Source of the DNA: Squalus acanthias
Taxonomy: Eukaryota
DNA: 64,000 bases
Assembly (NCBI GenBank): GCA_030390025.1
Contig: CM059437.1
Coordinates: 68,324,001-68,388,000 of the forward strand
Direction of reading: 5' to 3'
Position numbers and translations under genes: made by a program. Below are positions 40,792 through 52,435 of this stretch, one piece after another. Each line of letters starts with the position of its first letter. Position 1 is the stretch's first letter. The notes under the pieces were generated by a model, which was given only the letters and a program-made list of their open reading frames with translations, was not told where the DNA came from and did not search any database.

Positions 40792-40974
40792 ACCATCCCT
40801 CCCATCGTCACTACACCAACAGTCCTGCCTACCACCATCTGATTGACTTCCTTCAATCCAGCCTTATGGGACTTGCCCACACTTCACTAAAAATATTAAC
40901 ACCAACACCAAATCCAGAAAAAAAATCCAACAACTGAATGCCATCTGTGTATAGTATTTAACAGGAATAAGTAA

Positions 40975-42230
40975 GACTCACCTTTGTGAAACCCCTTAGT
41001 GCCTGTCTTGTGAGCTTATTTACCTATCTTTGGTGCTCCTACAAAGTGTTTCCCCAGTGACTACAGCTTGGGAGATGGAGTGCTGCTGAACTCCTATTGA
41101 GGACACTTCAGATGGCTGTTGTAGGTGACCTCAAGCAGCTCTGAGCCTTGAGGGCCCGGCTGCAGACTGCAGTATCTTGGTGTGGGCAGGGGCAGTCTGG
41201 CGCAGCTCGCTGTATGGCACTGATAAGGGTGCTGGTGGAGTGGATGGTAGGGAGCAGACATGCTACCATCCTGAGAGAGGACAGCAGGTGCATCTTCCAT
41301 GGAGCCAAGGCCACTCTCCTGGGACTGCGCCTCAGCACTCGCAGGGCTCTGTGCAAGAACAGAAAACAGGAGTGATGTGACACTCTGGAAGCCCCTGTCA
41401 ACATGGGCCCCCAGGGCCAAGATGGTAGCCATCTGACCTTCCATAGCAGCAGTGTGAGACGCCATCATGGTGGCCGCCACTGTCATGCTAATGAAGCTAA
41501 GCACTCACTCCATGTTGGACAAAATGGTCTTCATGCTCTGCGTAAAGCCCCAACACAAGTTGGAGCTGGACTCCACTATGCTCTGAGCCATTGCATGCAA
41601 GCTTGCTGCCAGGCTGCCCAATGTACCTAACATTTCTTGATGTATCCCCATCAGCTTTCTTCAGTAGCCTGGGCCCTCGAAGTCAGCATCTGAGTCCTCC
41701 GGCAAGCTGAGACCTGTGGCGTCCTATCGCCCTGCCCTAGCTCATGCATACTTGTGCCCATTGATTTACCATGTGAAGACCCTTCCTCGAAGCTATGCTC
41801 TAAAATATGCATGGTGCCAGTTACTTGCTTGGGTCGGATCGAGTGACACTGTATCTTCAGGGAAGCTGGTCACCTCTTCATGAAGTGGCACAGGGGTGTT
41901 GATATTTTTAGCATCTGAAATGAAAGAGAGGGACAAGGGTTAGTTTTTAGTCTGAAGGGAGAGCAGAGGGAGATAAATGGCTGGTGAAAGCAGCTGCAGT
42001 TTGTCATGGAGAGTGTGTATGATGTGATAGAAGTAAAAGGGAAAAAAGAGGATAAGGTGTAAAGTAATACTGTGCAATGTCTCCTCCACCATCACCACTC
42101 GCCACGCCATGACTCTTCCCCCTGCTCGTGATGGCCAGCACATCATCTTCCAGAGGGGAGAGGGTGTGCAGACAGGCTCTGCCTCCTCTGGTCACTTCCT
42201 CCTGCCTCATGTTGTGCGCAACCTTGTAAG
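40975..42230 (-). pseudogene. Harbinger Myb/SANT-like gene remnant (exons 2-3)
   Basis: KVAHNMRQEEVTRGGRACLHTLSPLEDDVLAI matches the exon-2 motif of the other copies. VDRGFQSVT and PAVLSQDGS match VERGLQGLT and PAVLSQDDS in ORF 57390-58316. Confidence 0.8.
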
Positions 42231-43321
42231 AAAGAAGGGAGTCTTTTAGTGAAAGCCCTGTGAGGTGTTTTAAGAATGTGCCTGTCACAGTCAAATAGTT
42301 TATATGTTGTGTGGAAGTTGAGGTGTGGGGAAGCGAGGGTTGCAAAAGTGGTGAGAGTAGGAGGTGCAGAGAGTGTGAGTAAGAGGAGAAGGAGGTGGAG
42401 TGAAGTGATGTTCTCAGTGATATCACAGAGGAAAGTAACCCAACATAAGCGTTAAGATTTTAATTTGCTCAATTTATTTTCTTTACAACTTTTTAAACAG
42501 GACCCAAGTAAATGTTTGAACAATACTCCATATCACTTGCTAATGTCTCCTTTTTCTAATATTCATACACCTATACATTGTATTTCCTATCTCACAGTAG
42601 CTTTAAGGACAACATAATATGAATGCTTAACAAATAGAGATATGTTGTTGTTTACTCTTGTTAACTAAAGGGAAGCTCTTTGGTGCTGGATATTAGCTAC
42701 AATAAACTTCGAACAGTTTTGTGATATCTGTGATTTGCCTGCTGATAGTCAGTCAAGTTTCTCCAAGTATATCCAATAGCTATCATGCTCAAATCTGTGA
42801 GACATCTGTCTCTTGCAGCATCCTATTGTTATGATACCCCCTATACAAAGAAGAACAAAAACTGTGCCATAGTTTAAAAGGAGGGTCATCGTCAAGGCCA
42901 CTGATTTGCATTTTTCATGAAAAATGTACAGAATCGCAGAATACAAGACCCAAAATACTTCTAAATGCTTGGGAAAACCACATTAAAAAAACAGAATTTA
43001 AACTTATTCAGATACCATAAAGCAATGAGCCTAATTTTAAATAGACATAACCTAAATACCAGTAAAAACTCCACAATCCCAGATAATAAAAATGAAATTT
43101 GATGTATTCAGTCATTGTAAACCAGTGCCCCTGGGCACCACCAATGCCCTTTAAAAAGAATAATGAACATCCTTTTTATTTCTTTAATTTTTCTGCATTA
43201 TTGTTTAGTGAGTGTTAACACCTGGACTGGAGGATTGGTTTGGAGAAGTGACTGAACTCGCCAACATTGAATTCACCCCCATACATATATAGTCAAGCAT
43301 TAATTCAGTACTATGTCACTG

Positions 43322-43700
43322 ATGATTTTAAAATTCTCATCCTTGTTTTCAAATCCCTCCATGGCTTCGCCCTTCCCTATCTTTGTAACCTCCTCCAGCC
43401 CTGCAGCCCTCCGAGATCTCTGCGCTCCTCCAATTCTGGCCTCTTGCGCATCCCCAATTTTAAACACTTTGCCTTCAGCTGCCTAGGCCCTAAGCTCTGG
43501 AATTCCCTCCACGTCTCTACCTCCCTCTCCTCTTTTAAGATGCTCCTTTAAACCTACCTCTTTGACCAAGCTTTTGGTCACCTGTCCTAATATATCCTTA
43601 TGAGGCTCGGTGTCGTACTTTGTTCGATAAAGCTCCTGTGAAGCGGCTTGGGGTGTTTTACTATCTTAAAGGTGCTATATAAATGCAAGTTGTTGTTGCT
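43322..43700 (+). mobile_element. L2-type LINE 3' fragment
   Basis: FKILILVFKSLHGFALPYLCNLLQPCSPPRSLRSSNSGLLRIP..AFSCLGPKLWNSL; 3' tail AAAGGTGCTATATAAATGCAAGTTGTTGTTG. Confidence 0.85.
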
Positions 43701-44169
43701 TTATTTGTTGACGACCAGTTTAATAACTTAAACAAACAGGTTTTTCACAGTTTAAATGAAAGTATTGAACTAAACAATGAGAAAGAGAGAATAAGCTAAC
43801 AGGTGTTAAGGTTCATTGTAATACTTAGTGTCAAATTCTTAGGAGGGCACCCTGATGGCTCAGTGGGTAAATGTACCATGTGCTGTGGTGCTGACTTGAT
43901 GTCCTATTTACTGCCAGGTATGAGCTTTAACTTCAATGGCAGTGTGGTAAAATAAACAAGTCAGCACCATCTCCAGAGGTGCTGAGACCTACCTAATGAG
44001 CTGGATTTTGCTTGCGCTTCCTGATGGTTACATAACCACTGCTGCCCAAGGGAGAGGCCATCAACTGGAGAAGCATGGGCTTTTCATCCTTGATCCTTGA
44101 TCCTTGAAAGCAACTGAAAGGTGACCTTACGCAGGTATAAAGTAGATAGATCTGGGATACGACTTCAAA

Positions 44170-44420
44170 CTAAATCATGACAAGGGCACACAGGTTCAAA
44201 CCAGTAAATGGCAAATTTAGAATTTTTGTCAGGATGTTCGGCACCCACAGATTGCTCAAAACACGGAATGGATTTCCAGATAGAATAGTGGAGACAATAA
44301 CCCTAAAGTTGTTCAAGAAACAATTGGGTGTCAGGATGTGAGAGACTATAGGGTCTTTCTTCATGGATGAGCTAGTCTTCCTCGTCTGTACCTACTGTAC
44401 TTATTTTATGATCTTGTGAT
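44170..44420 (+). mobile_element. Old CR1 3' fragment
   Basis: TRAHRFK..THRLLKTRNGFPDRIVETITLKLFKKQL resembles the CR1 RT C-terminus, followed by a TATGATCTTGTGATC tail. Confidence 0.6.
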
Positions 44421-46150
44421 CTTTGCTAGCTATTTGTATGTTGGGTGGCTCAGCTCACTTGTACAGGTACAGCCCAGTGCTATGTTTCTCTAGTACTTGG
44501 CTTGTGCGAACCTTCCCAGCCATTGGTGGAGGGGGTGGGGGGGGGAGCATTATAGTGCTAAGAAACAAAGTTACAAAATGTAATATTAAAACAACTATGG
44601 AGGCATAGCTTGTACATGTACAGTCCTTTTTCTGGTGCTTTGGCATTCACCATGCAATATAAATGGGGCAGCTTTGATGGCACCATGAAGCTATAGCAAT
44701 ACTGCAGCACCACATTTCACAACATAAAAAGTTACTTTTACACTGCTGTTTATTTAGGGCAAGTTCCTGGTAACCAGCATTCATATGTAAGCACTTCTAA
44801 CTCCAGCACCCATATCCCAACAGCAGACGTGCAGACCCACAATAAACTAGGTCATAGGAGTTTGTTACCTAGCTAAGATAACTAAATTTAGTATTTTAAA
44901 TGTAGGAAGCTAACTCACAGAGGACGATCTCCTGGAATTCAACCAAAACAACTACCAGTATAAAGTTTATTTTTTATTGAGTTTAGTGGGATGCAAGGAC
45001 CACTAGTTACTGAAGTACAGGTTTCCACAGCTGACAGAAATCCCAAAGTAAAATCCTTCAATTGGGATACATTATCACAGCACACATTTAGAGCGTAGAA
45101 ATCAGAGGTTTTATTGCATTAAAAAAACAAATGACTGGATATGATGGTTGTATTTTGGCACTGAATTGATAGTATAAACAGAGAATTGGATAACATTTGA
45201 CATTCATTAAATATATATACATTATAGCTTACACATGTGTAACATTGATGCTTTCCAATGTCATCCCAAAAGAGGATATTCCCCTTGGATAATGGACATG
45301 AAGAGGTGACGTTGGCAGAAAAACTAAAGAATCCAGTATATGTTCACCCATTCCTCTTTTCTGTAAGTGAACATCTTGTACTCTATAATTAGGTTTTCAG
45401 GATTTTGATGTTTTTTGAGGTTTGGGTATTATTTGAGTGATATTTCACTTTCATCAAATTCGGTGTTTTTTCAATGTAAAAATTGGGTTTAAGAAAGTTT
45501 CACTCATAATCATTCTATTGATGAACTTTTTTTTAGTAAAACAGTAAGAGAGTAAAAGGGTAAAACAGTAGCTCTATCTACATCTTATTTAAATGAGGCA
45601 TTTTTCACAAACTGAGCTTGTAATAAATCATTTCAGTGTTTCCTTGGACATTCTTGCTCTCTCTTTCTGACCTGCAATGATTTTCATCTCCGAGATCAAC
45701 TTTTCAACATTGGCACTTGACAACGACAAGGCCAAGATAGCAAGTCTGATAATTCAGGCCACTAGTAATGCTTTCCTCACCAGAACTTGAAGGCCATTGT
45801 TTGCGGGGATGGGCTCAATCAGCAAACTATATACATATCATGGCAGAGGCATTAATGTCATGAAAAATAAACATGTGGGCCGCGATTTTATCATTGGCGG
45901 CGGGTTGGGTGCGGGTCAGGTGGTCGGTGGGTTCCGGTCCCGTCGCCACTTTCAGCCGGTCAGAAATTGCAATTTTGCCTTAATTGGCCTATTGAATCCC
46001 TATGTGCGCGCTACCCGGCCCAATTAGTGGTTTCGGGTCTGCTGCGCGCCTCTGCTGACGTCTGTCAGCCAGCTGCATGTAAGGGGCCCATGCAGCCTTG
46101 TTTCATTCTCTCATTATTTGATGGTGGATTTCGTGTTGCCGACTGCTCCC

Positions 46151-48131
46151 ATGACTGCTGAAAGAGCCAAGGCCTCTCCCCATTTTGACGATGACTCCCT
46201 CCATGCTCTTGTGGCGGGAGTGAGAGGGCGCAAGGAGGTATTATTCCCATCCTCCAGACGGAGGAAGCCTCCTCAGCAAAGCAAAGCAGCTTGGCTGCAA
46301 ATTGCTGAGGAGGTGAGCTCCAGATCGTTGTGTGCTCGCTCCTGGGTCCAGTGCAGAAAAAGGTTCAGTGACCTGGTACGCTCAGGAAAAATGAGTGTAA
46401 CATCACACTCACCCTCAATCTGCTCCCCATCTCCTCTCATCACCAGCACTCTGCATTGTCAACCTACTCCTGCACATCCCACTTTACCCTTACATCCCTT
46501 GCACCCTTAACCATCCCTCTCTCTCTATGTACACAATCACTTTACTATTCGACTATGCTGCCCTCACACTCGCTATCACTGTTATGCAATGCCAACAACT
46601 AACAACGCACAGGGAGGGCCCTTGGTATTGGCACCTCACTCCATCTTTGTCTCCTTCTAAGCATCTATGCTATGGCTTCTCTACACTCACTCCACCATTC
46701 TCACTCAAACTCCACTTGTGTCCCTCATTGCAGGAAAAGAGAGCCCACAATAAGAGGGAGAGGGCTAGGACAGGAGGAGGGCCACCTTCCATTTCCCATA
46801 TGACCAATGCTGAGGAGGCGGCCCTGGAAATAATCGGAGGTGATGAGGATCTGGAAGTGGGGGACGGTCAGACAAGCGCAGCAGAGCAAGCTGGTGACAG
46901 AATAGATTTGCATCTCTCTCATTTACATTGCATATATGGCATCTGATGCTCATACAGATTGACTTATGATCATCTGCACAATTCGATGTGCATGCTACGT
47001 TAATATCACATGCCTAACTCATGCCTTTACTCCCCCACAGGACCAACGAGAGCCCCCCCTCCCCACTGTCCAGGAGGAAGAGCCTGAGCTTGCAGACTCC
47101 TCAGATGAAGCAGCAACCTCTGAGGGCGCAGCATCAGCAGAATTAAGTGCACCCAGCACCAGCGCAGATACACACACCTCGGTGGGACCTTCGCGAGATA
47201 GAGTAGTGTTGTCACCTGGTGTATCACAGCTCACAAATGAGCATCAGCAGATAGTGGAGACAGGGACAGCAGTGGAGATTCCTCATCGGAGGACGCAGGG
47301 TGATACCAGCTCTGCTCAGCTGCATGTGGACCCTGTGCCTCTGGGGCCATCCAGAAAGAGAGCGGTGCTGGAACTCCAGGAACAAGTGCAAGAGTCTCTG
47401 GCAGGTTTTGCATCCAGGGTTACTGCGAGTGTGGAGAGGATGGAGGAGTCCATGTCTAACATGAGCAGTGCCTTTGTGGAGGCAATGGCGCATGAACGCA
47501 CCACCACGGATAGGAAGGCAACCTCCGTGGAAAGGATGGCTACCTCCATGGAAAGATGGCTATGGTCAGGGAGGAGATAAGTCACCAGAGTCAGGAAAAC
47601 ATGGTGAATGTTCAGAATAGATTGACATCTCTGGAGGAGCAATGGGCAGCTATTGAGCCGATAAACCAGAGCTTCATGGAAGTCCTTTTGAGAAGGACTG
47701 CCAGTGCAGATATGGGTCGTCATGGCCCCCCTGATGTGCAGCAAGGTGCTTTCCAGCCACTTGTTAGCACTGAAGTGGGGCTGACCCATGAGAGGGATGT
47801 TGGTGGCAGGTAACAAGGAAGTGTGGGCTCCTTTCCAAGCGCTCACACTCCCATGCCACTGCGTAGCCCTTGGTTAGAGCTCCACCAGAGTTCTCACCCA
47901 ACTGAGATGGGCGTCTCAGCCCCTGAACAGCTGCAGGAGGAGCAGACTGTTGCCGAGCCCTCACAGGCTCGCAAACCCAGAGGACGCCCACCAAAGGTGT
48001 TGAAGCAGGAGCAGCATGAAAGTGAGCAAGGTGCCTCCACATCTGCTGAAGCCACAGGGGAAGCACAGCGTAGAGGCATGCGTAAGTGGAAGATAAAGCA
48101 CAAGGGTAGTCACTTGGGTGTTCTGTTCTGA
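46151..48131 (+). pseudogene. Three-exon Myb/SANT-like (NAIF1/MSANTD-like) Harbinger DNA-binding gene, disrupted
   Basis: Exon 1 (46151-46390) is MTAERAKASPHFDDDSLHALV..AWLQIAEEVSS..RSWVQCRKRFSDL. Exon 2 (46734-46893) is EKRAHNKRERARTGGGPP. Exon 3 starts at 47041. The first donor reads ATGAGT instead of GTGAGT, and exon 3 has frameshifts. Confidence 0.85.
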
Positions 48132-48810
48132 TGTCTTTTGTTGTGTTTAATATTTGGCATTGTCATCCTTTTGTGCATGTATTAAACAAAAGTGATGGCA
48201 AACAGTTGAAATTCTGGCCTATATGATCTGGGAAATGGAAGTTCCACATTGAGGGCTCAGGGCGACTTGCATTTGTAATGATGGTGGTGAGAGTGATAGG
48301 AACCCACAGGTTCTTGTACATTGTGTATGGTGTGATAAGAAGGTGCCAGCCACATGTGTTTGATTCATCTACCTAAGCGAATCTGGCAAAGATTAGTGCA
48401 TCCCTTGCATCATGGGCAGCTGCTCTTCCTCCGAATCTGAGGACCAGGATGAGAGGGTATAAATGGTTCCCATTCTGCTGGTAGATATGTCAGTTGAGGA
48501 ATAGAAGTTATAAGCACTCAGTCAATGTGGGGAGAGGGTTTTCTCAGGAGGTCACAGTGGAGATGGATCTCAGCTTAAACACTTACAAGATCAGTAGACC
48601 TGCAAAAAGTTTTCCAAGACCTGAAAAAAGAAAGTTCTGTCATCTGTAAGTGAGCCTTGTTGAGAGGTCCGTTTTTCTGCTGGACCTGCAGCTGTCAAGA
48701 AGGCAGCCACTTGGTGAACCCGGTACAATCAGCTGGCGTGGTTTGGGAACGGCGTGGAACATGCAGAAAATGTGCAAATATCGAAAACCACTGTTAAAAT
48801 AGGATTATCC

Positions 48811-48880
48811 AGGCAGTTAACAAGCTGTTAAGGCAGTTAACAAGCTGTTAAGGCAGTTAGCAAGCTGTTAACTGCCTTAA
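48811..48880. repeat. 20-bp tandem repeat (3 copies) ending in a palindrome
   Basis: AGGCAGTTAACAAGCTGTTA x3 (third copy has one mismatch), then ACTGCCTTAA. Confidence 0.9.
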
Positions 48881-49599
48881 GGGCCTCTCCCACCGCTTGG
48901 TGACGGGACCAATCGGGACTCCCAGAGCCGGCATTTGGCAAAGTGGCGTGGAGGCGGGACCGGAGCCCGCCATCAATCAAAGTGATTTTACCCTTTGACC
49001 CGCCTCCAAACCCACCCTCTCAGTGCCAATAAAATCGCAGCCGTGGTCTTTAGAGCTGAAGAGAATGCACTGTTTCTCTGTGGGTCAATGACTAGTACTG
49101 AATACCAGAGCAATGCTTTATCCACTTCAAAAGGCATTGTAGGTGTCATATTTCATGACAGTGATGCTTGTCATTTGTCATGCTTGGCGTCCAAAAGAAC
49201 CCTAAAGCTAGTCCCAGCACAAACACAGAAAGCTCTTTCCCTCAAGTAGAATTCTAGCATCATCCCAACTATATTGAATACCTCTGGCCTTTTTGTTATT
49301 TCCATGACAGAAGACATATTCTCACTTAGAAATTGCAATATAAAATAAATCACGTTTCTCTTCACTTCACTGTCACCATGGTTACATAAACCTTCACATT
49401 TCTTTCCAGTTGCTTCTTCACTAGACAAAATGTACGTGAAGGAGTGCCACATTGCAAGCAACAGGTCAACTGCTGCAATAACTGAATGTAGTTGTTTTTA
49501 TAACACAGTTATGTTGACTCTTGGCTTAATTCTCCTTTGATGGTAAACTGTAAAATATTTTTGTTTCAGTCAATGTGTATACTTAAATAAAGTATCTAC

Positions 49600-50060
49600 A
49601 CAAGTGGGCGATGCAGTGGATTAGACACTGGCTTTTCACCTCTGCAACTTATCAAAATAAGAAGAAAGTCTTTCCTGTCTGTTGGCTGTAAGTGTTGTGT
49701 GTGAAATGAGTTTGGGTAGTCTCAATCCAGTTCCTAGTCAGCTTAGCTCTATAGCACAAAACTGTCCCTAACTTTGCCCTAATTGGCAGTCTAACTCCAA
49801 GAGACCATAGGATGCTGTGAAAATGGGAAAACATGTTGTATGATGCAGTAGGGAATGCTATTCTGAGGGTGATGCTGAGGCATGTTGCTAGAGCTAGAGC
49901 AGAGCTTTACTTTCCATCTGGCTGTGCTGTAACCTGACTCTGGGAGTGCTGATACTGGCTACCTGAAATTGGAGGAGTTCCATTCCCCACCACCAATGTA
50001 GTGACTACACTTCAAAAGTATTTAATTGACTGTAACATGCTTTGGGATTTCCTAAGGTCA
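49600..50060 (+). mobile_element. Old tRNA-derived SINE remnant(s)
   Basis: A-box-like head GCGATGCAGTGGATTAGACACTGGCTTTTCACCTCTG, and a SINE/L2-type tail ACACTTCAAAAGTATTTAATTGACTGTAACATGCTTTGGG near 50010-50050. Family uncertain. Confidence 0.45.
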
Positions 50061-50714
50061 GGCAAGTCTTTCTCTCTTTTTTTCTTTTTACATCCTTCAC
50101 TTTGATGAGCACAAAAAAAAATGTATCTAAATGAATGACAGATGAAGAGTTTAGGATGACTTAAAGACACCAATAAGTAAATGCCAGGGTCACAGATTGG
50201 AACTACATTAAAGTTTGGGTTTGCTTTTGTAAATACAAACAACATTTCTTCATATAATTCAAGGAATTGGGATAAAGGTATAAATAATATTTACTGACTA
50301 TTTAAAAATATATATTCAGCGTCTAGATAAAGTAGCAAGTAGACATCATTACAGTACTACATGATAGGATGTCAGGTCCCTCCATTACTGTTATCTATGA
50401 ATGCATCTCCATGGACCTCAGGGGTTTCATCAATTATCATAGAAAGTTAAACAGCTCAAATTAAATCTCTGATACATTGGACATTAACCCAAAATTCTGC
50501 AAGCAGACATTTTTTCAAATATTTGGGAGATTTCAGCAATATCTTGGCAGCAGGAGTCCTATTCTAGAAAAGTTCACCAATGGAACCTCAGTCTGACAGA
50601 CTAACTCCAGACTGCCCCATGGAAGTTTGTGAACATCCTTTTAATCTTTATGCTTTCTTTCATATCTAGCGATTCTCTCAGCACGGAACTTGGGTCTAGA
50701 AACCATTGTATTTC

Positions 50715-50778
50715 TGGCGGAGCAGGCTCGAGGGGCCGTATGGCCTACTCCTGCTCTTATTTCTTATGTTCTTATGTA
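50715..50778 (+). mobile_element. CR1 3'-end fragment
   Basis: TGGCGGAGCAGGCTCGAGGGGCCGTATGGCCTACTCCTGCTC followed by a TTCTTATGT repeat tail. Confidence 0.8.
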
Positions 50779-51254
50779 TTTTGACTTAGTGGTAGATTCT
50801 TAAATCTGGATTGCATGTGCAATTGTTCAACCATAGAGGTTACAGTCTTTCCATTGCACCTGGTATTATACACATGACAAGCAACAATCAATAAATATTA
50901 CATTCAAAGGATTTTATATTTTTTTATTTACAGCATGGGTATAAACAGAAATAAATAAAAATAACACTTTCAAAATGTTAATAAAACTGATAAAAGTCCG
51001 GCATACTTACAGTGGGCTAAGGTGATGTACCACGCATAGACAGGATGGATTCAGAGGAGGTGGATCCTATCTCAAAATATTACCGTGTAATTTTTGAAAA
51101 CTCGAATTAACTTTTTGGCAGAGAGGAATCAGCTGTTAGTGTTAAACTAAACAGGAATGTGAGAGACACAGCAATATTTGATGCAACTAGTACTATTAAT
51201 GCATTTGAAAAGGTGGAAGGGGGCAGTATAGGATATCATAAGCAGATGACATTA

Positions 51255-51429
51255 GAAACATAAAAACATAGAAGATAGGAGCAGGAGTAGGCCATTCGGC
51301 CCCTCGAGCCTGCTCCGCCATTCAATGCGATCATGGCTGATCATCCAAATTCAGTACCCTGTCCCTGCTTTCTCCCCATATCCCTTGGTCCCTTTAGCCT
51401 TAAGAAATATATCTAACTCCTTCTTGAAT
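51255..51429 (-). mobile_element. CR1 3' fragment (same subfamily as 1532-2401) with ACATTA TSD
   Basis: Near-identical to ~1532-1703. ACATTA occurs at 51249-51254 and 51430-51435. Confidence 0.88.
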
Positions 51430-51717
51430 ACATTAAACTCTTGCTGATTTTATAAGATTTTTAACATTTGTTTTGTTCCACAAAGATTGAGAATTGTGAG
51501 CAGGAACGCAATTGATTGTAACCCGCCAGCATGTTATATCCATCCGTGGGACAAAAATAGTTCAATGCAAATCATATCTTATGGGTGTCAAGTAATGGAA
51601 GGTGCCCATAATATAGATAAGACATTCAGATATTCTTCTCATTGTTTATAGGATCATCTGAACCTTACATATATAACTTTTAGATCACACACCAAATAAA
51701 AGATTGTGCATTTCATT

Positions 51718-52435
51718 GGCCCAGAATTTGCGGCAGCGGTAAAGCAACAGCGATCATTGCTGACTTCGAAGAAAGCTGCCCACAGAGATCTCTGTACTGA
51801 AAACTTTAGCTTTCTTGATCTTAATTTGATTGTAGCGCTGTCAAAAGGGGATTCGGCAGCAGTGATGTCATCAAGATGACTAAGCAGCCAATCACATTGA
51901 AGAATTCTCATAGACAGCACTGATTTTCATTCACTTTAAAAAAAAATTATACAGAGTGAAATAAAGATTGAGACATACACATGGGGTTAAGGTAGAAGCT
52001 GAAATAATGTAAAGTAACTTATTTTTAAAAAATTATTTAAAACATCTAGTAATTTTTATCAAAATAGATGAATTTGATATTCCACAAATATAAAATTAGT
52101 TTTTCAGGGCCAGAACAGTTGTTCAGCAATCAATACGCCATTAAATTCCCAGTTACATCTCTTTCAACAAGGCTTAACTTTATATGGGGTGTTTAACAGT
52201 GATATTAGAGCGGGAAAGGGGAAGTTTTCGTCAGTTCAAGTGATTTCATTGATGGCTGGTTTTGGGGAATTTCACAGCAGAGCCTGTGGCGGAGCAGGGA
52301 ATGACTGACCGCAACTTCGGGATTTCCACGTTTATCTGCGCATGCGCTAAATCCTGAAGTTACCGTCAGTTTCAGAGGGGTAATGATGGCGAACGCCAAC
52401 AGTTTCACCGTCATTACCACCGCAAAATCCAGGCC
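51718..52435. mobile_element. Non-coding TIR element (Harbinger-type MITE), about 720 bp
   Basis: Left end GGCCCAGAATTTGCGGCAGCGGTAA matches the right end reverse complement GGCCTGGATTTTGCGGTGGTAA. GC-rich ends, AT-rich core, no clean TSD. Confidence 0.7.

Larger units (their letters stand above)
39228..42430. mobile_element. PIF/Harbinger DNA transposon, decayed two-gene element, right end truncated
   Basis: The left end GGTCCTAGATATTGG resembles the TIR ending at 59978 (GGCCTAGAAATTGG). It carries a transposase on + and a Myb/SANT gene on -, in convergent orientation. Confidence 0.85.
45878..49042 (+). mobile_element. Non-autonomous PIF/Harbinger element with TIRs and 3-bp TSD; Myb/SANT gene retained, transposase deleted
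   Basis: Left TIR GGCCGCGATTTTAT matches the right end reverse complement GGCTGCGATTTTAT. GTG is duplicated at 45875-45877 and 49043-49045. Confidence 0.88.

Noticed and set aside
46151-48131. Functional host NAIF1/MSANTD gene
   Set aside because: It lies within TIRs and a TSD, has a mutated first splice donor (ATGAGT) and has frameshifts in exon 3.
48811-48870. Repeat array as a possible CRISPR
   Set aside because: Head-to-tail repeats without spacers, in a vertebrate transposon, with no cas genes.
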